DNA of 64,000 nt, from the IMG/VR virus record IMGVR_UViG_3300002835_000038, positions 1-64,000 of that record; one strand, written 5' to 3'. The stretch is from an uncultured virus (IMG/VR IMGVR_UViG_3300002835_000038) (lineage: Duplodnaviria; Heunggongvirae; Uroviricota; Caudoviricetes). The notes beneath the pieces were generated by a model. It was given only the letters and a program-made list of their open reading frames with translations. It was not told the DNA's origin and ran no database searches. Below, piece after piece: positions 8,372 to 15,302 of the stretch. The position numbers and the translations under genes are program-made. How positions within the stretch are numbered: the first letter of the stretch is position 1; every line of letters starts with the position of its first letter.

Positions 8372-8470
8372 TTAACTAATGTGACATACCCTAAGTATTG
8401 GATGAAGCGAATCCGCCCCTTCCATTTTCGTCTTAACGACCTCTAGTCTGTATGTGAATGTAGTTAACAT
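8372..8470 (-). CDS. Leader (attenuator) peptide 1, 32 aa: MLTTFTYRLEVVKTKMEGADSLHPILRVCHIS
   Basis: ATG to TAA between promoter and terminator; contains ACTTAGGGT complementary to the terminator 5' arm; core codons match downstream tRNAs. Confidence 0.8.
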   Translation of the reverse strand: MLTTFTYRLEVVKTKMEGADSLHPILRVCHIS

Positions 8471-8482
8471 TGAATTTTTATT

Positions 8483-8537
8483 TGTTTTTAATTAAATATA
8501 CACAAATATACAAAAGTTTAAACAAAAAGTCAAATAT
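8483..8537 (-). promoter_or_regulatory. Promoter of tRNA operon 2 (TTGACT-17 nt-TATATTTG)
   Basis: Near-identical 55-bp copy at 10326-10380; matches Bacteroidota -33 TTTG / -7 TAnnTTTG consensus. Confidence 0.8.
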
Positions 8538-8553
8538 TTTTAAAAAAATATTT

Positions 8554-8928
8554 TTATTTCATATTATCCATAGTAAGTTTATCTGCAATATAAACGTGTT
8601 TTAATTCCATTTTGAATTTATTTTCGAACCACTCCTTAAAAAAATAAAGGAATGATTTGTTAGATTCAAATTCTGGTGATTCTTTAATAAAGTTTTTATA
8701 AACTTCATATCTTATTTCAAGAAAACCCCCAAACGCAAAATATGTCATAATAACATTAGGTAGTGTTAATTCAATTGAATTAGGTTTTGTCCAAATTCTT
8801 TTTCTAATCGATTTACCGTTAAAAACATGTATCACATTTTTTTCCTTTTTAAACCTAACTTCTTTAAATAAAGAATTAAATGTATCCTCACCAATTTTTT
8901 TTTCTGTAATTACCATATCTTTTCCCAT
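8554..8928 (-). CDS. Hypothetical protein
   Basis: 124-aa ORF with its own TATCTTTG promoter motif. Confidence 0.7.
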   Translation of the reverse strand: MGKDMVITEKKIGEDTFNSLFKEVRFKKEKNVIHVFNGKSIRKRIWTKPNSIELTLPNVIMTYFAFGGFLEIRYEVYKNFIKESPEFESNKSFLYFFKEWFENKFKMELKHVYIADKLTMDNMK

Positions 8929-9001
8929 AGTTTTTGATTTATTTAGACAAAGATATGAATAATTTTCATTCTACCAAATTTTTTAACGTTATTTTTATTT
9001 G

Positions 9002-9075
9002 AGGTCAGAGTGAGATTCGAACTCACGAAAAGTAGTTTTGCAGACTACCCCTTTAAACCACTCAGGCATCTGACC
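9002..9075 (-). tRNA. tRNA-Cys(GCA)
   Basis: Loop CTGCAAA; U73. Confidence 0.95.
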
Positions 9076-9144
9076 GTTAGTTCACTAAACTATATTTTGC
9101 TTAATAAATTACATTTGTTTATTGTTGCAAAAATAAGTTTATCG

Positions 9145-9217
9145 TACACTCTGAGAGATTCGAACTCCCATCTTATGATCCGTAGTCATAGGTTCTGATC
9201 CATTGAACTAAGAGTGT
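9145..9217 (-). tRNA. tRNA-Arg(ACG)
   Basis: Loop CTACGGA. Confidence 0.93.
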
Positions 9218-9219
9218 AT

Positions 9220-9294
9220 TGGTAGGGATGGGTGGAGTCGAACCACCGAGACTACTGTATAAGAGTAGCATGTTCACCGTTACATCACATCCCC
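9220..9294 (-). tRNA. tRNA-Ile(UAU)
   Basis: CTACT-CTTATAC-AGTAG anticodon arm; encoded CCA. Confidence 0.85.
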
Positions 9295-9302
9295 ATATTT
9301 TG

Positions 9303-9389
9303 CGGAAAGAATAGGATTCGAACCTACGGTACCCTTTCAAGTACAACACCTTAGCAGGGTGCCACAATAAACCGCTCTGTCATCTTTCC
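9303..9389 (-). tRNA. tRNA-Ser(GCU)
   Basis: Long variable arm; loop CTGCTAA. Confidence 0.95.
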
Positions 9390-9393
9390 ATTA

Positions 9394-9467
9394 GGTGTAC
9401 GATGGGACTCGAACCCACTATTGACGGAATCACAACCCGACGCCTCGACCACTTTGGCTTCATACAC
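9394..9467 (-). tRNA. tRNA-His(GUG)
   Basis: Loop TTGTGAT; C73. Confidence 0.9.
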
Positions 9468-9469
9468 AG

Positions 9470-9540
9470 TTGTCTCCCAAGGATTCGAACCTCGATTAAG
9501 TGGACCAAAACCACTTGTCCTGCCATTAGACGAGGAGACA
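9470..9540 (-). tRNA. tRNA-Gln(UUG)
   Basis: Loop TTTTGGT; U1-A72. Confidence 0.93.
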
Positions 9541-9547
9541 TTATTTG

Positions 9548-9636
9548 TCTAAGTGATGGGACTCGAACCCACATAGAACTGTTACATTCATTCCTGATCC
9601 CAAATCAGGTCGGCGACCAATTGCCTACACACCTAG
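9548..9636 (-). tRNA. tRNA-Pro(UGG), extended variable region
   Basis: Loop TTTGGGA; C1-G72, A73; ~19-nt variable region. Confidence 0.85.
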
Positions 9637-9642
9637 TTATTG

Positions 9643-9715
9643 TGGAACAGGTAGGAATCGAACCTACATTGTCGGATTTTCAGTCCGATGCCTTGACCAA
9701 CTTGGCAACTATTCC
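9643..9715 (-). tRNA. tRNA-Phe(GAA)
   Basis: Loop CTGAAAA. Confidence 0.93.
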
Positions 9716-9720
9716 ATTTG

Positions 9721-9791
9721 CACACCCCCAAAGATTCGAACTCTGACCAAACGGGTTGGAGCCGTTTATGCTACCGTTACACTAGAGATGT
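9721..9791 (-). tRNA. tRNA-Trp(CCA)
   Basis: Loop CTCCAAC. Confidence 0.9.
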
Positions 9792-9795
9792 GTAT

Positions 9796-9870
9796 AAATG
9801 TTCAGGAAGACTTTTTTTACATTTCCAAATTAGTAGTTTTTTATTTGCTGAAATCTTCCTTTTAACATTT
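9796..9870 (-). ncRNA. Small stem-closed RNA (candidate Y-like RNA, copy A)
   Basis: AAATGTT/AACATTT and AGGAAGAT/GTCTTCCT stems; loop begins TTCAGCAA..AAAAACTAC, as in the RNAs beside the TROVE gene. Confidence 0.55.
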
Positions 9871-9871
9871 G

Positions 9872-9954
9872 TGAGGGTAGTAGGATTCGAACCTACTCAG
9901 TCATAGACAACAGATTTACAGTCTGCCCCAACTCTCCAACTTTGGCGTACCCCC
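9872..9954 (-). tRNA. tRNA-Tyr(GUA)
   Basis: Long variable arm; loop CTGTAAA. Confidence 0.95.
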
Positions 9955-9966
9955 ATTAATTATTTG

Positions 9967-10040
9967 CGATTCAGGCAGGACTCGAACCTGCGACAACTTG
10001 ATTAACAGTCAAGGGCTCTAACCAACTGAGCTACTGAATC
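9967..10040 (-). tRNA. tRNA-Asn(GUU)
   Basis: Loop CTGTTAA. Confidence 0.95.
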
Positions 10041-10058
10041 ATTTAATTTTACATTATA

Positions 10059-10067
10059 TCAAAGAAC
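10059..10067 (-). promoter_or_regulatory. boxA-like motif GTTCTTTGA
   Basis: Spacer after the first tRNA of operon 3. Confidence 0.55.
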
Positions 10068-10077
10068 TTATGTTCTG

Positions 10078-10153
10078 TCGGTATGGTAGGGATCGAACCT
10101 ACGAATCTTCTCGATATCAGCGAGATGCCTTAAACCTACTTGGCCACATACCG
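10078..10153 (-). tRNA. tRNA-Ile(GAU)
   Basis: Loop CTGATAT. Confidence 0.92.
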
Positions 10154-10162
10154 TAATAAATT

Positions 10163-10193
10163 AAAAAACCCCAACTCATTTCTGAATTGGGGT
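10163..10193 (-). terminator. Attenuator intrinsic terminator 2
   Basis: ACCCCAATTCA-GAAA-TGAGTTGGGGT followed by TTTTT. Confidence 0.9.
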
Positions 10194-10219
10194 ACTTTAA
10201 TCCTTTATTTATTTATCTA

Positions 10220-10318
10220 TCAAAATTTAAATAACGACATAACATACCCCATCCTTCCGTAAATATAAAACGGTTGACACCACTGTATCGGATTACTATG
10301 TATGTTATTCATTATCAT
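10220..10318 (-). CDS. Leader (attenuator) peptide 2, 32 aa: MIMNNIHSNPIQWCQPFYIYGRMGYVMSLFKF
   Basis: ATG to TGA between promoter and terminator; TGGGGTAT complementary to GTACCCCA of the terminator 5' arm; core codons match downstream tRNAs. Confidence 0.8.
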   Translation of the reverse strand: MIMNNIHSNPIQWCQPFYIYGRMGYVMSLFKF

Positions 10319-10325
10319 TTTTTAC

Positions 10326-10380
10326 TGTTTTTAATTAAATATACACAAATATACAAAAGTTTAATTAAAAAGTCAAATAT
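10326..10380 (-). promoter_or_regulatory. Promoter of tRNA operon 3 (TTGACT-17 nt-TATATTTG)
   Basis: Near-identical to 8483-8537. Confidence 0.8.
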
Positions 10381-10454
10381 ATTTTTAAAATTATTTTTTT
10401 TAAAATAAAAAACCCCTAAAAATAGGGGCTTAACAAAAATTTATTTTTTGTTTT

Positions 10455-10637
10455 TTACTTCACCTCCACCGATGTGCTATCTACATTTTCGGTTCCTGCG
10501 GTATCATCAGAAGCAGTACCTGCATCTGTTGCCACACCATTTGTAGTTGCATCATTAGTTGTTGAATCTGATTGTGTGTTTCCACCACAAGACACTAAAA
10601 GTGTCATAACTGTCAATACCAAAAAAACTTTTTTCAT
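10455..10637 (-). CDS. Small lipoprotein
   Basis: MKK-hydrophobic-LVSC lipobox; low-complexity acidic and Thr-rich tail. Confidence 0.75.
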   Translation of the reverse strand: MKKVFLVLTVMTLLVSCGGNTQSDSTTNDATTNGVATDAGTASDDTAGTENVDSTSVEVK

Positions 10638-10766
10638 TTTTAAAAAAATTATTTAATTATTAGTTAGGCTTTTCACCCATCGGAGATTATAAGTGTCTCT
10701 AACTATACAAAACAAAATTATAAAAAAAATATGTGAAAGTAAAACTTTTTAACATTTGATAACAAT

Positions 10767-11072
10767 TTATTTATTGTCACCATATTTTTCCTTCAAATAC
10801 TTTACCCACTCTTCTTGCTTCCTACCATTAATAAAAAACCAACCCAAATTAATCTCAAACCATTTATTAAAACTGTATAATATATTTCTTATAATGAAAA
10901 AAATTGTAATAAAAAAAACTATTATTATCGGTGCAAAAGGTACCCAACCCATAAAATTTTGAAATTTAGATATGTCTTTTCTAACCACACCAGCACACAT
11001 TAAAAAATATTGAACGAATAGTGTGAACGTAATCACAAAAAATACTGTAAATTTACCTATAATCTCAAACAT
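10767..11072 (-). CDS. Membrane protein
   Basis: Two TM segments. Confidence 0.65.
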   Translation of the reverse strand: MFEIIGKFTVFFVITFTLFVQYFLMCAGVVRKDISKFQNFMGWVPFAPIIIVFFITIFFIIRNILYSFNKWFEINLGWFFINGRKQEEWVKYLKEKYGDNK

Positions 11073-11075
11073 AAC

Positions 11076-11480
11076 TTAATCTTTTATTATTCTTTTATGT
11101 GTCTTAGTGGATACCTCTTTAATTTTTTTCTGCGATGATGGTGATTCGCCTAAACCATTTGCCATCCAAGATTTAATCTCCATTTCCTGTAAAAAATCAG
11201 ATACATTAGGTATAAACTTTTTACCATAATCCTCTAATATATGGTATTCACATATATCTTTAACTGATACAGTTTTACCATCAGAGTTTGTTATATATTC
11301 CCCAAATATAGGTATCATTACTTCAAATATGAAAAACATATTATGGGTTAACGCCCTATGTCTATTATCACTAAAGTATTTTTTAGAGACATCCATTTTA
11401 TTATGAAGTGGTAAGTAATCTTCTACATTACCACCCCACAGTTTTATGGAAGATTTGGAATGTACTAAAGGATTAGCCAT
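11076..11480 (-). CDS. DUF6915-like protein
   Basis: MANPLVHSKSS..WGG..DYLPLH..RHRALTH..EYHILED pattern. Confidence 0.65.
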   Translation of the reverse strand: MANPLVHSKSSIKLWGGNVEDYLPLHNKMDVSKKYFSDNRHRALTHNMFFIFEVMIPIFGEYITNSDGKTVSVKDICEYHILEDYGKKFIPNVSDFLQEMEIKSWMANGLGESPSSQKKIKEVSTKTHKRIIKD

Positions 11481-11895
11481 TAGTTTCTTCTATATTAGAA
11501 TCATTAGTTTCATCATCTAAACCATCACCAACCGTTACATCCCAAATTTTAGATTCCTCTACATCCTCTTCATAGATTTCACCCCAATACTCCTCACTAA
11601 CAATTGTACTAACAGTAATCTCTTGTTCAGAATTCATATTATATTCTATTTTACCCGATGTACCAGCATTATTCCAATTATACTCTACACCTGATTCATC
11701 TAATATCTGAAATAGAAAACTCCAATGATCATCTAAATTTAAAACACCTTCTCTTTGCGGGTATATCCCTACATATGAAAATGAACCGAAGGAATCTCCT
11801 CCTCCCTCAAATTCAATTTCAACTGTGTCATTTTGTGGATCAAAATCAGGGTACCCACTTTTAATCATCTCAATAAAACTTTTTTTAATTCCCAT
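11473..11895 (-). CDS. Acidic hypothetical protein (DUF6878-like)
   Basis: EFEGGGDS..WNNAGTSG pattern; next to DUF6915-like gene. Confidence 0.5.
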   Translation of the reverse strand: MGIKKSFIEMIKSGYPDFDPQNDTVEIEFEGGGDSFGSFSYVGIYPQREGVLNLDDHWSFLFQILDESGVEYNWNNAGTSGKIEYNMNSEQEITVSTIVSEEYWGEIYEEDVEESKIWDVTVGDGLDDETNDSNIEETNG

Positions 11896-12121
11896 TTTTT
11901 TATTTTCTAAATTTTTCGGAAAACTCAGTATCCTCTAATTCTGGTGGGCAAACATCAATAATGTGTTTTCTCCACCAACTCTTTAATTTTATTTTAATTA
12001 TTTTTAACATAAATCTCTACAGTATAAGTTTGCCAAAATTAATCTAGCAAATTTTAATTCTTTAGACCTATTTAAACGCAAACCATATGCGCGAGCAATA
12101 ACATTTAAATGAGGGTATGCC

Positions 12122-12304
12122 TCACTTATCGTCATTTGTCCTATCGTTTTTTGATTCATAATCATTTTTATTTACACATACATAAACTTCTTGAAACCAC
12201 CCAAAAACACATTCACCTGAAAATTTAACTGGTATAAATTCATCCCAATTGAAATTCGGTATTACGTCATAATATGTTTCATTTGGAAAAATTACTCTAA
12301 CCAT
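12122..12304 (-). CDS. Hypothetical protein
   Basis: 60-aa ORF. Confidence 0.5.
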   Translation of the reverse strand: MVRVIFPNETYYDVIPNFNWDEFIPVKFSGECVFGWFQEVYVCVNKNDYESKNDRTNDDK

Positions 12305-12613
12305 TTAGTTGGGGTATTTATTAACATAGTCTAATGCAGATAATGATAAATATTTAATTAACCTTTCGTTATCTAATTTTTTAACTTTTCCTAAATCTGA
12401 CATCATCTCTAAATAAGACTCAACAATCTTATCAAACTTTCTTTTGTAATAATCTTCAGGTGGCATATAATTATTTTTTTTACAAATATAGTAAATATTT
12501 TTTAATTAGTCACAAAATATGCAATAATTCCGATAAAAATAAACCAACCTATTACGATAATAGTCCATTTGTAATCTTCTTTAATATTTCTCATATTATT
12601 ATTTTTAAAAATT

Positions 12614-13249
12614 TTAGTCCCACCAACCCTTAAGTCCTGAACCATCAAACCATTTATAATATTGATCAGTTTCTTTTTTCTCTTCCTCAGTTAAAGTCTT
12701 CTTAAACTTTTTATAATCTTTATAATCCTGACCTTTTAAAATTTTGAATAGTTCTTTCCATTCTTTTTCCTCAATTTTACGGGACAGTTCAAAAACTTTA
12801 CTATTATGATTCTCTTCTTCTTCAGTATTCTTTTCTACTAATCTAGAATATCCTGGTTTATCAGGTACTTCCTCAAACTCCCAATCATGAAGGTGTAACG
12901 GTCCTAACTCAGATTCAGCCATTTCAATGTAGTTACTCTCATTATAATTTTTAATGATTTCTACTGCACGTTTCATTGCGGCAACTTTTTTCAATCTTGA
13001 TATGTCAATCTCCAACCCTTTTTTTTCTAAGTTTTCTGACATATGAGTTAAACCAACCTCCAGAAACATTAAAGTTCCGTGATGATCCCACCAATAGTGG
13101 TTTGCCAATGGTTTCCTAAATCTCCATACGTTTTTTATGAAACGCATTATATCATACCTAAAAAAAGAATAAAATTTATAAATCTTACTCTGATGCCACG
13201 ATAATTTTTTTAAACTTTCCGCAAAAGTGTCCGCAAATTTTATTTCCAT
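12614..13249 (-). CDS. Hypothetical protein
   Basis: 211-aa ORF ending GWWD. Confidence 0.8.
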   Translation of the reverse strand: MEIKFADTFAESLKKLSWHQSKIYKFYSFFRYDIMRFIKNVWRFRKPLANHYWWDHHGTLMFLEVGLTHMSENLEKKGLEIDISRLKKVAAMKRAVEIIKNYNESNYIEMAESELGPLHLHDWEFEEVPDKPGYSRLVEKNTEEEENHNSKVFELSRKIEEKEWKELFKILKGQDYKDYKKFKKTLTEEEKKETDQYYKWFDGSGLKGWWD

Positions 13250-13250
13250 A

Positions 13251-13589
13251 TTACCTAAATAGTCTTTCTAATATATTCAAATTTAATTTATCTATAAGGG
13301 ATAAGTCATCACCCCAAATATTTTTTTCACACAAGTCCTCATATAATGAAAATAAGGGAGTTCTTAAAAATAAAAAATCCCACTTAGATATTCTGAACTT
13401 AGGAATGTTAGTTTTGTTGGGTAATTTAAACTCAAAAGAAAGTAATGAGTAAGCATTATGATTTTTACTAATAGTAAAAAAATTAACACCCCAATTACTA
13501 TGATAATCATTTATCTTTAATGTGATTAAATTAAAAATCAAATGAAACTTTCTAGTTTCCCAACTTATTTTTTCTAAATGTCTTCTCAT
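13251..13589 (-). CDS. Hypothetical protein
   Basis: 112-aa ORF. Confidence 0.65.
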   Translation of the reverse strand: MRRHLEKISWETRKFHLIFNLITLKINDYHSNWGVNFFTISKNHNAYSLLSFEFKLPNKTNIPKFRISKWDFLFLRTPLFSLYEDLCEKNIWGDDLSLIDKLNLNILERLFR

Positions 13590-13791
13590 TTTAATACTTA
13601 TATGGTTTTAGAAAACTTATCACATACCCAAAAAAATAAATATATTTTTTAAAGCCATATTTTTGACTAAATGTGAATCTTTTTGTGAAGGATATTCCGT
13701 AACCGAATAACCTAAACCAAAAAATATCTTTACTTTTATGACAATAAAAAAACTTACCCATATTACAATTATAACGTTTTTAAACTGAAAG

Positions 13792-14286
13792 TCAAATCAT
13801 TAGATAAGGTTTCCATTCTTCATTGATGTTTCCGTTCATTCTTTCTATGAATTCTATATATGTTGGTGCATATGGTTTCCTAATCATTTCCATATTAGAC
13901 TCTTCAGGTGTTTTATCACCTTTATTAAGATTACACTCACCACAACAAGTTACTAAATTTTTCCAACTATTCCCACCACCTCTTGATTTTGGTAGTACGT
14001 GATCTAATGTCAGATTCTTATTTGTACCACAATAGACACACTTATGACCATCCCTCCTAAATATGTTATACCTACTTAATGGTACTTTTTTATAAGGTAA
14101 GAAAATGTATCTCATTAATCTAATAATTGTTGGTCTCTTAAAAGTTTTTACGGTAGATACAATAGGGTTATTATCGTCAGAAAAAATAATTTCTGCCTTA
14201 CCCTTGTAGACTAATTTAAACCCCCTTTTCAGTGTTGTAACATTCAATGGGGTGTAGTCATTATTTAGAACTAGTACCTTTTCCAT
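13792..14286 (-). CDS. HNH endonuclease
   Basis: RDGHKCVYCG..LTLDHVLPKSRGG..WKNLVTCCGECNLNK. Confidence 0.93.
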   Translation of the reverse strand: MEKVLVLNNDYTPLNVTTLKRGFKLVYKGKAEIIFSDDNNPIVSTVKTFKRPTIIRLMRYIFLPYKKVPLSRYNIFRRDGHKCVYCGTNKNLTLDHVLPKSRGGGNSWKNLVTCCGECNLNKGDKTPEESNMEMIRKPYAPTYIEFIERMNGNINEEWKPYLMI

Positions 14287-14311
14287 ATCATTTATAAATA
14301 TTTTATTAAAA

Positions 14312-14337
14312 TAAAAACCCCCAAATAAATGGGGGTC
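14312..14337 (-). terminator. Intrinsic terminator after tmRNA
   Basis: ACCCCCATTTATTTGGGGGT followed by TTTT on minus strand. Confidence 0.75.
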
Positions 14338-14347
14338 TTATAAAATT

Positions 14348-14410
14348 GGGGCCGATAGGATCTCTATCTGGCGAATCCACCACTTTGTTTTTAAGGAACA
14401 AAGAAACCTT
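14348..14410 (-). ncRNA. Pseudoknot plus hairpin element 3' of tmRNA
   Basis: AAGG/CCTT crossed with CTTTGTT/AACAAAG, then GCC-A-GATAG/CTATC-GGC hairpin. Confidence 0.4.
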
Positions 14411-14413
14411 TAG

Positions 14414-14781
14414 TGGAGGTGGAGGGTTTCGAACCCTCGTCCTTCCCATGTCCAAATGGATTTCTACGTGTGTAGTCAGTTTTTCTAAACTAACAAAATA
14501 GACAGTTCCCTTATTACACTGTTCGGTTTACTGACAACTAATCCTCAGTCTTCTTATTTATAAAGGTTCAAAAAGATAATAACCTGTATGTATTACTCGA
14601 TTAGGCGAATACAACCTCTTCTTTTGCAATTGTACCTACAGTACCATTCAAAAGAATGTTTTCGTTTAGGGCTAAGCCCATGTTTGTATCGTTGCCGACT
14701 ATTGTTTTTTTTAGATTAACGCTCTACCACGACACGCTTACGCCTACTCTTCTTACGCGAAGTCAAATCCAATACACCCCC
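14414..14781 (-). ncRNA. ssrA: tmRNA
   Basis: 5' GGGGGTG..GGATTTGAC; 3' GGTTCGAAACCCTCCACCTCCA; G3-U70 alanine determinant; internal tag ORF 14601-14696. Confidence 0.93.
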
Positions 14782-14786
14782 ATTTT

Positions 14787-14795
14787 TCAAAGAAC
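14787..14795 (-). promoter_or_regulatory. boxA-like motif GTTCTTTGA
   Basis: Immediately 5' of tmRNA. Confidence 0.55.
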
Positions 14796-14954
14796 TTTTC
14801 TTTAATGATTTATCGTAACCTTTGTTATAAGAAATAATATCATAACAATCAATTTCATGATCATCGTACATCTTACTCTTCTCAAATAACTGTTTCGTTA
14901 AACTCATATATAAGTATAGTGATATTTATTTATAAAATCAAATATTTATTACAT

Positions 14955-15302
14955 ATGTCATTAAAATTATTAGATATTTTAAACGAAGAAAAAGAAAGAT
15001 GTGAATATCAAGTTAGAGATATCGGTGGTTCCGTATACTACAAAAAATGTGGTAAGGGTAAAAAATGGTTATTTACTGATGAAATAGATTTCTTAAAAAA
15101 TTCAAAAAAATCTAACACTGAAGAGTGGGAAAAACCAAAAGATAAAAAATCTAAAATAAGACAACTAAATGTTCCACAAAAAAAAGGAGACAAGTTAGAA
15201 GATTTAAAAATCTATTATACTAACTTATCTCCAGATAATTATAAAATCGAAGTGGAAGGAGATGCTATAGTTATTAAACCATCTCCTCTAAAATACCAAT
15301 AA
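14955..15302 (+). CDS. Hypothetical protein (possible virion-internal)
   Basis: Start MSLKLLDILNEE after a TATTTAT motif. Confidence 0.65.
   Translation: MSLKLLDILNEEKERCEYQVRDIGGSVYYKKCGKGKKWLFTDEIDFLKNSKKSNTEEWEKPKDKKSKIRQLNVPQKKGDKLEDLKIYYTNLSPDNYKIEVEGDAIVIKPSPLKYQ

Noticed and set aside
7854..9906. Short ORFs 7854-8105, 8039-8296, 9010-9198, 9173-9367, 9380-9574, 9402-9746 and 9718-9906
   Set aside because: All lie over tRNA genes.
8311..10380. T-box riboswitch as the explanation for the leader regions
   Set aside because: No UGGNACC T-box bulge or stem I seen. Open reading frames with matched codons fit ribosome-mediated attenuation better.
10675..10695. TATAATCTC..GATGGG resembling a purine riboswitch
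   Set aside because: Too short, and lacks the TTTCTAC core and third stem.
14716..14907. 63-aa ORF
   Set aside because: Its 3' part runs into the tmRNA 5' end, so it is doubtful. A shorter peptide cannot be excluded.
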